From: an uncultured Acidobacteriota bacterium
Lineage (GTDB): Bacteria; Acidobacteriota; Thermoanaerobaculia; Gp7-AA8
Direction of reading: 5' to 3'
DNA: 64,000 bases
Assembly (NCBI GenBank): GCA_963822445.1
Contig: CAWGHO010000003.1
Coordinates: 416,001-480,000, forward strand
Shown: one piece after another, positions 10,228 to 21,874 of the stretch
How the letters are laid out: each line of letters begins with the position of its first letter
Position numbering within the stretch: position 1 is the first letter of the stretch
Position numbers and translations under genes: made by a program
Notes under the pieces: generated by a model
Told to the model about the DNA's origin: nothing
What the model saw: only the letters and a program-made list of their open reading frames with translations
Databases searched by the model: none

Positions 10228-11448
10228 GCTGTTTCTCCCTACTTTTTCGACTTCCACGTTTTCCCCATCCACCAGCTCCGGCCCTTCGATCACGACCTGC
10301 TCGCCGCCGCTGACCCCGGACGCGAGACGCACCACGTCGCCTTCGGTGCTCATGACCTTCACCGCGCGGCGCTCGACCTTCTCGTCCTTCAGGACGAAGA
10401 CGATGTCGTTGTTGCCGTCGCGGCGGATGGCGGCTTTGGGGATCTCCACGGACGTCGTCACGCGGCTCGGCGCGGTATCGCTGGTGATGAACGAGACCTT
10501 CACGGCCATGTCCGGCAGGATGCGCTGGTCGCGCTGATCGAAAGCGATGCGGACTTTCACCGTCGCCTTCTGGCGATCGGCGGTCGGCACGGCGGTGATG
10601 ACGTGGCCGGGGATGCGCCAGTCGGGATAGGCGTCGAGCACCGCTTCGATCCGCTGATTCGGCGTGACGCGGTTGATGTAGGCCTCGTTCACGTCGACTT
10701 CGATCTCCAGCGAGTCCATGTCGACGATCGTGCAGATGCCGGTGCGGGTGAAGCCGCCGCCCGCGGAAACGGGGGAGATCATCTCGCCGGGCTGCGCGTC
10801 CTTCGAAACGACGATGCCGTCGAACGGCGCGCGGATGATCGTGTCTTCGACGTTCTGGCGCTGCAGCGCGGTCTGCTGCCGGGCGGTGTTGAGCTGATCG
10901 GCCTGCGCGTTCAGTCTCGCCTTCGTCGCGTCGAGTTGCGCTTTCGCGCGATCGACGTCGGCCTTGCTCGAGATCTCGCTCTGCGCGAGCCGCGCCGCGC
11001 GCTCGTATTCGAGCTGCGCCTCGCGAATGCGCACGCGCGTCTCTTCGAGCGCACTCGCCGCCGCCTGCGCCTCGGCCTGAGCGACCGAAAGCCCGCGCGA
11101 AACGTAAGAGGCATCGAGACGCGCCAGCTCCTGACCGGCTTTCACGCGCATGCCTTCCTCGATGAAGACCTCGATGACTTTGCCGGTGACTTTCGAGGAA
11201 ACCGTGGCTTGCCGGCGCGCGGTGACATATCCGGTCGCGTTCAGCACCGCGCCCTGCGATTGACCGGCGGCGATCGCTTTCGCGGGAGCGACGCGGACCT
11301 CTTTGCCGCCGCCGCGGAGGAGGGTCCAGGCCAGTCCGCCGAGCACGAGAATGGCGACCGGCACGATCACCAGCCATTGCGAGCGCCGCGGACGATCCTC
11401 ATCGGCGCGCTGGATCCGCAAACCCTCGAGTGCAGCCTTGTCGACCAT
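10228..11448 (-). CDS. Efflux periplasmic adaptor (MacA/HlyD-type MFP); reads in frame into the ATPase as sequenced
   Basis: N-terminal TM, SSKVTGKV, IRAPFDGIV, EVDVNEAYI; start and true stop uncertain. Confidence 0.85.
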
Positions 11449-11523
11449 TGGACGGGCCATTATCGACACTAAGCGTCCGGTAACAAGTTGTGACAAAGGA
11501 AACGGTGGCGTTACCGGTGCTGG

Positions 11524-13142
<1,619 letters not shown>

Positions 13143-13146
<4 letters not shown>

Positions 13147-13820
13147 CCAGAATCCTGATTGTCGAAGACGATCCGGCGATGTCCGTCGCACTGCGCGACG
13201 GATTCGAGTTCGAGAAACATGTCGTGACGATGGCCGCCGACGGCGACGAGGGCTTCCGCCTGGCCAGCGACGGCGATCACAACGTGATCATCCTCGACGT
13301 GATGCTGCCGAAGAAAAGCGGCCTGGATGTGTGCAAGGAGCTGCGGCGGAACGGCAAGCAGACGCCGATCATCATGCTCACCGCCCGCGGTCAGGAGATC
13401 GACAAGATCGTCGGTCTGAAGCTCGGCGCGGACGACTACGTGACCAAGCCGTTCAGCTTCATGGAACTGCTGGCGCGAGTCGAAGCGGTGCTGCGACGCA
13501 TGGCGCGCACGGCGGCCGGCGATGAGTACAAGTTCGGCGAGATTCAGCTCGACTTCCGCACGTACCAGGCCTTGAAGACAGGCGCGCCGCTGGACCTGAC
13601 GCCGCGCGAGTTCCGCATCCTCCGCTACTTCATCGATCACACCGATGAGGTGGTGAGTCGCGAGGCGCTGCTCAATCACGTGTGGGGTTACGACAGCTCG
13701 GCGTTCACGCGCACAGTCGACACGCACATGGCCCGTCTGCGGCAGAAGATCGAGAACGTGCCCGGGGAGCCGAGGCACCTGATCACGGTGCATCGGGTCG
13801 GGTACAAGTTTGTGCCGTGA
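13143..13820 (+). CDS. OmpR-family response regulator
   Basis: [24 protein letters not shown], winged-helix TVHRVGYKF. Confidence 0.93.
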
Positions 13821-13822
13821 AG

Positions 13823-13912
13823 CGGGTTGGCGAGTTGTCGGGTGATCAGGTTGTCAGGTAGTTCTTTTCCGTCTGACACCGGACAACCTGACAACCCGAC
13901 AACCTGACAACT
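13823..13912. repeat. Inverted arrays of octamer tandem repeats (GGTTGTCA / TGACAACC)
   Basis: gagttgtcgggtgatcaggttgtcagg ... ggacaacctgacaacccgacaacctgacaact between convergent genes. Confidence 0.85.
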
Positions 13913-14729
13913 AGTGCGCGAAGCGCTCGAGCACTCCCAACATCAGCGCGATGAATTCCTTCTTCACGCGGGCCGTGGTGTCCATGACCTCCTGGTGCGT
14001 GAGCTTCTGCTTGAGGATGCCCGCGGCCATGTTGGTGATGCAGGAGATGCCGAGGACGGGGATGCCCATGTGGGACATGGCGATGACCTCGGGGACGGTG
14101 GACATGCCCACCGCATCGGCGCCGAGCGTGCGGAACGCGCGGATCTCCGCGGGCGTCTCGTAAGTCGGGCCGGAAAGCGCGAGATACACACCTTCCTGCA
14201 GTTTCAGATTCATCTTCGCCGCGACTTCCTTGGCGATGCCGCGCAGCGATTCGGGATAGGCCTCGCTCATGTCCGGGAAGCGGACGCCGAGTGCTTCGAC
14301 GTTCGGGCCGCGCAGCGGATTCACGCCCATGAAGTTGATGTGATCGGAGATGAGCATCAGGTCGCCGGCCGAGTACGACGTGTTCACGCCGCCCGCGGCG
14401 TTCGTGACGATGAGCTTCTTGATGCCGAGGCGGCCGAGGACGCGGGAGAGGAACATGACTTCTGCCATGTCGTAGCCCTCGTAAAAATGCACGCGGCCCT
14501 GCATCACGGCGACGTCGATGCCATTCGCTTTCCCGAGGATCATCCGGCCCTGGTGGCCCAGGACCGTCGATGCGCGGGCGCCCGGAATCTCGTCGTAGGG
14601 GATCGTCACGCTGGTCTCGACTGCTTCTACGAATTCGCCGAGGCCGGACCCGAGGATCACGCCGACGTGGGGCTGGACGGTGCTTTTGCTGCGGATGTAG
14701 TCGACCGCGGTCGTGATCGCGTCAATCAT
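13911..14729 (-). CDS. punA: Purine nucleoside phosphorylase (trimeric PunA/XapA type)
   Basis: GVILGSGLG, GRVHFYEG, TNAAGG, GPTYETPAE, GMSTVPE, ITNMAAG. Confidence 0.92.
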   Translation of the reverse strand: MIDAITTAVDYIRSKSTVQPHVGVILGSGLGEFVEAVETSVTIPYDEIPGARASTVLGHQGRMILGKANGIDVAVMQGRVHFYEGYDMAEVMFLSRVLGRLGIKKLIVTNAAGGVNTSYSAGDLMLISDHINFMGVNPLRGPNVEALGVRFPDMSEAYPESLRGIAKEVAAKMNLKLQEGVYLALSGPTYETPAEIRAFRTLGADAVGMSTVPEVIAMSHMGIPVLGISCITNMAAGILKQKLTHQEVMDTTARVKKEFIALMLGVLERFAH

Positions 14730-14799
14730 GGCGGGCGAGTATAGAGGAGGATCGTTTATCCTTGCGGCCGGTTCCAAATCGCACAAGACGGAGTAAGCA

Positions 14800-16200
14800 A
14801 TGGAGCGTTTCACTGCGCTGATCGGGTTCGTTGCGATCCTGCTGATTGCGTTCGCCATTTCCACCAACCGGCGGGCCATCAAGTGGAAGCCGGTGTTCTG
14901 GGGCCTCGTCCTTCAGATCATCGTGGCCATCCTGGTGCTCAAGGGGGTCTGGATCGCGAACGCGCTCGCTCCGATCGCCCTGCCGCTGGAGCGATGGGGC
15001 GCGGCGCTGATCTTCATCCTCGCGGCGATCATCGCCACCCAGATCGCGAAACGCATTGCTCCCGGAGCGCGGCGCATCCTCTGGATTGCCTTCGGCGTCT
15101 TCGCGCTCTACCTCTTCCTGGCCTTCAACCTCCTGGCCTTCCTCTTCGAGACGATGAAGGAAGTGGTGAACCGGCTGATCGGATTCACGGCCGAGGGGGC
15201 GAAGTTCGTCTTCGGGAATCTCGCGGTCGGTGAGCAGCCGATCGGCTTCGTGTTCGCCGCGCAGGTGCTGCCGACGATCATCTTCATCGCCTCGATCTTC
15301 GCGATCCTCTACTACATCGGTGTGATGCAGCACGTGGTGAAGTTCTTCGCGAAGATCATGACCCGCTTCATGGGCGTGTCCGGCGCGGAATCGACGTCCG
15401 TGGCCGCGTCGATCTTCATGGGTCAGACCGAGGCGCCGCTGACCATCCGGCCGTTCCTGCCGGACATGACCCGGTCGGAGCTGATGACCATCATGACCGC
15501 GGGCATGGCTCACATTTCCGGCGGGATCATGGCCGCATACGTTCTGATCGCGAAGGTCGACGTCATCCACCTCCTGACCGCGGTGATCATGACCGCGCCG
15601 GGCGCGATCATGATGGCCAAGATGGTCGTGCCGGAGGAAGAAGAGCCGAAGACCGGCGGCGACGTGGAAGTGGTGGTGCCGCAGCAGGACGTGAACGTGA
15701 TCGACGCCGCCGGACGGGGCGCGATCGAAGGGTTGCATCTCTCGTTGAACGTGGCCGGAATGCTGATCGCGTTCATCGCCCTCGTGGCCATGGTGAACGG
15801 GATGTTCGGCTACGTGCACGGTTTCCTGGCCTGGTTCCCGGCCAGCCTTGACATCCTCCTGGGCTGGATCTTCCGTCCCATCGCCTGGGCCATGGGTGTT
15901 GCCTGGAAGGACAGCCTCCAGGTCGGCAACCTCCTCGGCACGCGCATGGTGCTGAACGAGTTCGTGGCCTTCGCCAAGCTCGGCCCCATCGCCGACTCCC
16001 TCGATCACCGCAGCTTCGTCATCGCCACGTACGCCCTGTGCGGCTTCGCGAATTTCTCGTCCATCGCCATCCAGATCGGCGGCATCGGCTCGCTCGCGCC
16101 CACGCGACGCGGCGATCTGGCGAGGCTGGGGTTGAGGGCGATGATCGCGGGAACGCTGGCGAATTTCTTGACGGCGACGATTGCGGGGATGTTGTTGTGA
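14800..16200 (+). CDS. nupC: Concentrative nucleoside transporter (CNT/NupC family)
   Basis: VLPTIIF, FMGQTEAPL, LNEFVAF, YALCGFANFSSIAIQIGG. Confidence 0.92.
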   Translation: MERFTALIGFVAILLIAFAISTNRRAIKWKPVFWGLVLQIIVAILVLKGVWIANALAPIALPLERWGAALIFILAAIIATQIAKRIAPGARRILWIAFGVFALYLFLAFNLLAFLFETMKEVVNRLIGFTAEGAKFVFGNLAVGEQPIGFVFAAQVLPTIIFIASIFAILYYIGVMQHVVKFFAKIMTRFMGVSGAESTSVAASIFMGQTEAPLTIRPFLPDMTRSELMTIMTAGMAHISGGIMAAYVLIAKVDVIHLLTAVIMTAPGAIMMAKMVVPEEEEPKTGGDVEVVVPQQDVNVIDAAGRGAIEGLHLSLNVAGMLIAFIALVAMVNGMFGYVHGFLAWFPASLDILLGWIFRPIAWAMGVAWKDSLQVGNLLGTRMVLNEFVAFAKLGPIADSLDHRSFVIATYALCGFANFSSIAIQIGGIGSLAPTRRGDLARLGLRAMIAGTLANFLTATIAGMLL

Positions 16201-16204
16201 GCTT

Positions 16205-16240
16205 GGGTTGCGGGGTTACGGAGTTTCGCGGTTACGGGGT
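16205..16240 (+). repeat. Octamer tandem array (GGGTTGCG/GGGTTACG), left of the four-helix-bundle gene
   Basis: gggttgcg gggttacg gagtttcg cggttacg gggt. Confidence 0.8.
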
Positions 16241-16307
16241 GGATCCGAGGTAGACTCGCGGTCCCACCTGCGCCGGTCGCGTTTCACGCCTTCCGACCCA
16301 ACCGCGT

Positions 16308-16766
16308 ATGTCTTCATTTCGGGAACTTCATGTGTTCAGGCTCGCGCTTGGACTGATGCGAATGGTGTACGCCGAAACGGCGGCGTTTCCCAGTCACGAG
16401 TTGTACGGCCTCACGTCGCAGATGCGACGCGCATCGATTGGCATTCTCAGCAGCATCGCCGAAGGTGAAGGGCGCCTGACGCCCGGCGAGTGGCGCCACA
16501 TGCTCAGTCAATCACGCGGGTCGCTGTTCGAAGTGGAAGCGCAGGCGCTCGCGGCTCACGATCTCGGATATCTCGACGAGGAGAGGCTCGCGAAACTCGA
16601 GCGTCAGATTCGCCGCGTCGGGAAGGCCCTGATCGGCTTCATCCGCTTCGTCCAGTCAAAGGAGGAAACTCCACCCCGTAACCCCGCAACCTCGAAACCC
16701 CGCAACGTCACCGAAGCAGCGCCAGCAACCCCGCAAAATCACCAGGCACATCCGCCTGAAACGTAA
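16308..16766 (+). CDS. Four helix bundle protein (23S rRNA IVS / bAvd-like family)
   Basis: SFRELHVF...FPSHELYGLTSQMRRASIGILSSIAEG...SRGSLFEVEAQ...LGYL. Confidence 0.88.
   Translation: MSSFRELHVFRLALGLMRMVYAETAAFPSHELYGLTSQMRRASIGILSSIAEGEGRLTPGEWRHMLSQSRGSLFEVEAQALAAHDLGYLDEERLAKLERQIRRVGKALIGFIRFVQSKEETPPRNPATSKPRNVTEAAPATPQNHQAHPPET
16673..16706 (-). repeat. Octamer tandem array, inverted relative to 16205-16240
   Basis: accccgtaaccccgcaacctcgaaaccccgcaac. Confidence 0.8.
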
Positions 16767-17649
16767 GCGTGCTCCCGCGATGCTCAAAGGTGATCCTCCA
16801 CGCATGCAACATCTGCCTTTCGATAGCGGCGATCGCTTTCTGGATCTTCTTGTCCGGGATGCCGCGCCATTGGGGGCCGGAGTAGACGGGGTCGCCGATG
16901 ATGGGGTGGCCCAGATGTTTCAGATGCACGCGGATCTGGTGGGTGCGGCCGGTGCGGAGGGAGCAGCGGATCAGCGAGGCGTGGCGGAGGCGTTCCACCA
17001 CTTCGTAGTCGGTGATCGCGCGGCGGCCGGTCGGGACGACGGCCATGCGCTTGCGGTTGTGCGGGTCGCGACCGATCGGGGCTTCGATCGTGCCGCGTGA
17101 CTCGGTCGGCGTTCCGTAGACCAGGGCCAGGTACTCCTTGCGGACCTTGTCCGTGTTCCAGGCCGTGGTCAGGGCGCGGTGGGTCTCGTCATTCTTCGCG
17201 ATCACCATCACGCCGCTCGTGTCCTTGTCGAGCCGGTGGACGATGCCCGGGCGGATCTCGCCGCCGATGCCGCTCAGGTCCTTGACCCTAAACAAAAGCG
17301 CGTTGACGAGCGTCTGATCGGCATGTCCGGCCGCGGGATGCACGACGAGACCTGCCGACTTGTCGATCACGACGAGATTCTCATCTTCGAACAGCACCGT
17401 CAGGGGCAGATCCTGGGCTTCGACGGTCGAAGGGGCAGCGGGCGGAATGTCGATCTCGATCTGCTGCCCTTCCTCCACGCGATGGGAGGGTTTGCCTACG
17501 GTCCGGGAGTCGACGCGCACCGATCCGGACTCGACCAGGCGGGCCAGAAAACTCCGGCTGAAGTCGGGGAAGAGCTCGCCCAGAGCGCGATCGAGACGGG
17601 CGCCGGCCTGCGCGGGACTGGTCTTCGCGGCGCGCGTGGTGTCGGTCAT
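16708..17649 (-). CDS. rluD: RluA-family 23S rRNA pseudouridine synthase with S4 domain
   Basis: RLDRAL S4 start, GIVHRLDKDTSG, TGRTHQIRVH. Confidence 0.88.
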   Translation of the reverse strand: MTDTTRAAKTSPAQAGARLDRALGELFPDFSRSFLARLVESGSVRVDSRTVGKPSHRVEEGQQIEIDIPPAAPSTVEAQDLPLTVLFEDENLVVIDKSAGLVVHPAAGHADQTLVNALLFRVKDLSGIGGEIRPGIVHRLDKDTSGVMVIAKNDETHRALTTAWNTDKVRKEYLALVYGTPTESRGTIEAPIGRDPHNRKRMAVVPTGRRAITDYEVVERLRHASLIRCSLRTGRTHQIRVHLKHLGHPIIGDPVYSGPQWRGIPDKKIQKAIAAIERQMLHAWRITFEHRGSTLTFQADVPGDFAGLLALLR

Positions 17650-17786
17650 GTGACGCTCTTCACGCGTGGTGCGTATAGGAATGGTGACAAAGCTAGTGAC
17701 ACCTCGAGAGTTCGTTTAGAATGCCGGTCCAGCATAAAAATGCCGTTCATCGTTATCACATCTCGTTTTGGGTTAAAGGGGAGAAT

Positions 17787-18809
17787 ATGTCCATGAAAAA
17801 ACTTGCTGTTGCGGCGGCCCTGACGTTGTGCGCGTTCAGCGCGACCGCGAGCAACTTCCGCGGTGCCGATCAGGTTTATATCCCGGCCGCAGGCAACTTC
17901 CAGGGTGCGAGCGGACGCTTCGTGTCCGACGTTTACCTGGCGAACCTCGAGACCGACGTCGACGTCGAGGTTTCGGTGATCTTCCAGCAGCTCGGTGCTG
18001 GCGGCGGAGCGGGCACTGAGTTCAAGAACATCATCACCCTCAGGGCCGGCGAGCGTAAGGAGTACAAGAACTTCCTGCAGAGCGTGCTCGGCCTCACCGC
18101 CGGCAACGAGTTCGGCCAGCTCATCTTCAACGGCTGCCTCAAGGGCGCCAGCTGCGGACCCGAGACGCAGAACACGGACGGCGTCAGCCCCAACTTCAAG
18201 AACATCAGCGCCACCAGCCGCGTGTACGCGATTCCCAACGCCCCGGCCGATCAGCGCCTGACCACCGGTCAGCTCTTCACCGGCATTCCCTGGTATCACT
18301 TCGTCAGCTCCCTCCAGGCCAGCAACGGCCTCGACAAGGTCTTCATCACCGGCCTTCGCCAGACCGGCAACCCCGGAGAGGCGGGCACCTACCGCAGCAA
18401 CATCGGGCTCGTGAACGCGTCGCAGTACTCGCGCTCCACGATTCACGTGACCCTCTACCAGGGCACGACGGCTCTGGCCGACAAGAAGGGTGAGTTCGAG
18501 GTCGTTCTCGAGCCGCTCGGCTCGGTGCAGCAGGGCTTCTCGCAGATGTTCGGCACCGGAGTCACCGGTGAGAACTACTTCGTGATCGTCGAGCAGCGCA
18601 ATCCGGAGCCGGTCGGCGCCGTTCCGTCGACCTGCGTGCAGGGCTGCCCGGCGTTCCTCGCGTACGGCTCGGTGCTCGACAACGGCACCAGCGACGCGAC
18701 GACGCTCGAAGCGCAGTACCTCAAGCCGCTCACCGACGCGGCGATCGTCGTGATCTACCCGGGCAGCAGCTCCGGCAAGGCCGGCGTGCGCCGCAGCGTC
18801 CGCCACTAA
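17787..18809 (+). CDS. Secreted hypothetical protein with C-terminal RRSVRH tail
   Basis: Signal peptide MKKLAVAAALTLCAFSATA; YRSNIGLVN and AYGSVLDNGTSDAT motifs; strongly biased codon usage. Confidence 0.8.
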   Translation: MSMKKLAVAAALTLCAFSATASNFRGADQVYIPAAGNFQGASGRFVSDVYLANLETDVDVEVSVIFQQLGAGGGAGTEFKNIITLRAGERKEYKNFLQSVLGLTAGNEFGQLIFNGCLKGASCGPETQNTDGVSPNFKNISATSRVYAIPNAPADQRLTTGQLFTGIPWYHFVSSLQASNGLDKVFITGLRQTGNPGEAGTYRSNIGLVNASQYSRSTIHVTLYQGTTALADKKGEFEVVLEPLGSVQQGFSQMFGTGVTGENYFVIVEQRNPEPVGAVPSTCVQGCPAFLAYGSVLDNGTSDATTLEAQYLKPLTDAAIVVIYPGSSSGKAGVRRSVRH

Positions 18810-18832
18810 GCCATCGCACTCAGTGATTTGTG

Positions 18833-18864
18833 AGGCCGCGCCATTCCGGCGCGGCCTTTTTTTT
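18833..18864 (+). terminator. Rho-independent terminator
   Basis: aggccgcgcc-attcc-ggcgcggcct followed by a T run. Confidence 0.85.
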
Positions 18865-18913
18865 GCGCCGGGCCGACGACTTTTTTGCGCCTCGCGCAAT
18901 ACATTTCGCCTCG

Positions 18914-19645
18914 ATGGAACCCCGTACCCGACGCGTGCAGCGGGTGCATCTCGCGCAACCGCTACTGGCTCGCCTGGGCACGACCCAGGTGCTCATCGTC
19001 GACGTCAGCGTCCTCGGTGCGCGCGTCGAGCATCACGTTCCACTGGCCGCGGGCGGCAACTCCGCGTTTTCGTTCAAGTGGGAGGACCACGAGATCGTCA
19101 GCCAGTGCCGGATCGTGCGGTCGCGGCTGGAGCGGATGTCCGTCGGCACGGATGGCCTGACCGTTTACCACTCCGGGCTCGAGTTCGAGGACATGGCTGA
19201 CGACACCCGAGGCCGGCTGAAGGCGATGATCGCCCGCTTCATCACCCGCGCGCTGGAAGAGCAGAAGCTGAACGCGCGGGGAGTCGTCCCCCAGCACGAC
19301 GTGAACAAAATGCCCATCTTCCGCTTCGGCGGCCAGCTCACCGCCGACACGAAAGACAAGCGCGCCGTGGTCCCGTCGTATCTGCCCGCCTCCCGGCTCA
19401 TCAAAGAGACGGGCTACATCTGCTACAACCTCGAGAACAACAGTTGGCGCCGCAAGCGCACGCATGACCCCGGTCAGCCGATGGAAGGCTTCACGATTTC
19501 GGCGACCGAGGACCTCACCCAGGCCCAGTTGTTATGCGATGCGTACGTCCGTTCAGACCACTCCGGAAGGCGCCTGATTCAGCTCTTCGCCCAGCTCAGC
19601 ATTGTCGACGGCGAAGGGGTTCAACTGACCCGTTTCGAGCCCTGA
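18914..19645 (+). CDS. PilZ-domain-containing protein
   Basis: RRVQRV (RxxxR) and DVSVLG (DxSxxG) motifs, plus SGLEF. Confidence 0.7.
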   Translation: MEPRTRRVQRVHLAQPLLARLGTTQVLIVDVSVLGARVEHHVPLAAGGNSAFSFKWEDHEIVSQCRIVRSRLERMSVGTDGLTVYHSGLEFEDMADDTRGRLKAMIARFITRALEEQKLNARGVVPQHDVNKMPIFRFGGQLTADTKDKRAVVPSYLPASRLIKETGYICYNLENNSWRRKRTHDPGQPMEGFTISATEDLTQAQLLCDAYVRSDHSGRRLIQLFAQLSIVDGEGVQLTRFEP

Positions 19646-19731
19646 AAAGGGAATCGTTTCCGGCCTGTCCGCGTTGTCCGGAACCGTAGCGCTGTGTTAG
19701 ACTTCGACGGCTTTCGAGCAGCTTTCTTTCG

Positions 19732-19758
19732 AAAGCGGCCTTTCCGGCCGCTTTTTTT
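19732..19758 (+). terminator. Terminator-like hairpin in the rimP leader
   Basis: aaagcggcc-tttcc-ggccgcttt + T run 14 nt before rimP; TGnTAGACT extended -10 at about 19695-19703. Confidence 0.65.
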
Positions 19759-19772
19759 GTTCTAGGGGTGAA

Positions 19773-20240
19773 ATGAGCGGGATTCCCGAACAGGTCGAGC
19801 AGCAGATCCAGCGGATTGTCGAATCCGAAGGGCTGGAGCTCGTCCACATCGACTACAGGAAGCAGGGCCGCGGTTACCTGCTCCGGGTCGATATCGACAA
19901 GGAAGGCGGCGTCAACATCGACGACTGCCAGCTCATTTCGACGCAGATCTCGACGTGGCTCGACGTCGACGATCCCATCCCGGCGGAGTACGAACTGCAG
20001 GTCTCGTCGCCGGGCCTCGACCGGAAGTTCTACAAGACATCGGACTACCAGAAGTTCATCGGCCGTCTCGTGCGCGTGAAGACCAGCAAGGCCATTCGCG
20101 GCCTGCACGTCATCGTCGGCCGGCTGAAGGAGTTCGATGGAGAGCGGGTCGTCGTGACTGATCCGGTGGTCAAGAAAGATCCCGATTACACGATTCCGCT
20201 TGCTGAGATCAAAGAGACACGTCTGGAAGTGGAGATCTAA
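19773..20240 (+). CDS. rimP: Ribosome maturation factor RimP
   Basis: GVNIDDC, YELQVSSPGLDR; first gene of the nusA operon. Confidence 0.95.
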   Translation: MSGIPEQVEQQIQRIVESEGLELVHIDYRKQGRGYLLRVDIDKEGGVNIDDCQLISTQISTWLDVDDPIPAEYELQVSSPGLDRKFYKTSDYQKFIGRLVRVKTSKAIRGLHVIVGRLKEFDGERVVVTDPVVKKDPDYTIPLAEIKETRLEVEI

Positions 20241-20243
20241 CGG

Positions 20244-21806
20244 ATGTTCAACGACAAAGACATCAAGGCGCTGGCGTACGAGAAGTCGATCGACGTCGAT
20301 CGCGTCTACAAGGCCCTCGAGGATGCCCTCGCGACTGCTGCGCGCAAGTATTACAAGACGCGCGAGCCGCTCGAGGCCGTTCTCGATCGCAGCAACGGCG
20401 GAGTGACCATCTTCGCCGTCAAGGAAATCGTCGAAAACGAGGACCAGATCGAGGATCCGCAGGCCCAGTGGCCGCTCGACGTGGCCCAGAAGATCGATCC
20501 CGGCGTGCAGACGGGCGGCATCGTCAAGCTCGACTACATCAGCAAGGAAGTCGTCGACGTCGTGAAGGATCCGAACACGCAGATCCGCACGTACGAGGCG
20601 CAGAAGATCGACCCCGAAGTCGAGCAGGGCGACGAGGTCAAGATCCCCCTGACCACGCCTCCCGCGGACCTCGGCCGCATCGCCGCGCAGTCGGCCAAGC
20701 AGGTCCTGTATCAGAAGGTCCGCGAGGCCGAGCGGGAGAAGGTCTTCAACGAGTTCAAGGACAAGATGGGCGAGCTCGAGAACGGCTACGTGAAGCGTTT
20801 CGAGCGCGGCGACATGATCATCGACCTCAACGGCAAGACCGAGGGGATCATCCCTCGCTCGCAGCAGTCGCGCGCCGAGCGTTACTCGCAGGGCGACCGC
20901 ATCAAGGCCGTGATCGTCGACGTCCACACCCAGCCCAAGGGACCGCAGGTGGTGCTCTCGCGCACCGACCCGCGTCTGCTCATCAAGCTCTTCGAGATGG
21001 AAGTGCCGGAGATCTACGACGGAACGGTCGTGATCAAGGGCGCCGTCCGCGAGCCGGGTGAGCGCGCCAAGATCGCCGTCTCTTCGCGCGAGCGCGACGT
21101 CGATCCGGTCGGCGCCTGCGTCGGCATGAAGGGCTCCCGCGTGCAGTCGATCATCCGCGAGCTTCGCGGCGAGAAGATCGACATCATTCCCTGGCACGAC
21201 GACATCGTGAATTACGCGCAGAACGCCCTGGCGCCTGCGAAGATCACCCGCGTCTCCGTCACCTCCGATGACGGCGCGCACCGTCCGCATCTCGACGTCA
21301 TCGTCGACAACGATCAGCTCTCGCTGGCCATCGGCAAGCGCGGTCTGAACGTCCGTCTGGCCGCCGAGTTGATCGGCGCGAAGATCGACATCAAGTCGGA
21401 AGAGGAAGTGAAGGGCGAAGTCGCCGACGCGCTCGCGGCCATGCTGCAGGAAGCGATGGCCGAGTCGCGCTCCCAGACCGCCGTTCGCGACATCGAGAAC
21501 CTTCCCGCGGAGTGGGCGCAGCTTCTCGAAGACGCCGGCTACGACGATCTCGACTCGGTGATCAACGCCTCGGTCGAGGATCTGACCGCGATCGAAGGCG
21601 TCGATGAGGACATGGCCGCCCAGATGATCGAGATCGCCCGCAAGAGCGAGCAGGTCGATGAGGGCGGGGACGACGACGACGAGTCCGACGAGGACGAAGG
21701 CGAAGACTCCGACGACGATTCCGAAGAGGAAGAAGAAGTCGAAGAAGAAGAAACCGAAGAGGAAGAAGCCTCGGACGAGAAGCAAGCCGAAGCTTCTGTT
21801 GAGTGA
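20244..21806 (+). CDS. nusA: Transcription termination factor NusA
   Basis: GRIAAQSAKQV, DPVGACVGMKGSRV, SLAIGKRGLNVRLA; acidic tail. Confidence 0.96.
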   Translation: MFNDKDIKALAYEKSIDVDRVYKALEDALATAARKYYKTREPLEAVLDRSNGGVTIFAVKEIVENEDQIEDPQAQWPLDVAQKIDPGVQTGGIVKLDYISKEVVDVVKDPNTQIRTYEAQKIDPEVEQGDEVKIPLTTPPADLGRIAAQSAKQVLYQKVREAEREKVFNEFKDKMGELENGYVKRFERGDMIIDLNGKTEGIIPRSQQSRAERYSQGDRIKAVIVDVHTQPKGPQVVLSRTDPRLLIKLFEMEVPEIYDGTVVIKGAVREPGERAKIAVSSRERDVDPVGACVGMKGSRVQSIIRELRGEKIDIIPWHDDIVNYAQNALAPAKITRVSVTSDDGAHRPHLDVIVDNDQLSLAIGKRGLNVRLAAELIGAKIDIKSEEEVKGEVADALAAMLQEAMAESRSQTAVRDIENLPAEWAQLLEDAGYDDLDSVINASVEDLTAIEGVDEDMAAQMIEIARKSEQVDEGGDDDDESDEDEGEDSDDDSEEEEEVEEEETEEEEASDEKQAEASVE

Positions 21807-21874
21807 TGTTGACGCGGAGCGTCACCATGTAAAGCGAATCACGCGGCAGGCGAGCTAGACCCAAGGGAGATTGA

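Noticed and set aside
16308-16766. Diversity-generating retroelement suggested by the Avd-like protein
   Set aside because: No reverse transcriptase and no TR/VR repeat pair seen in the window
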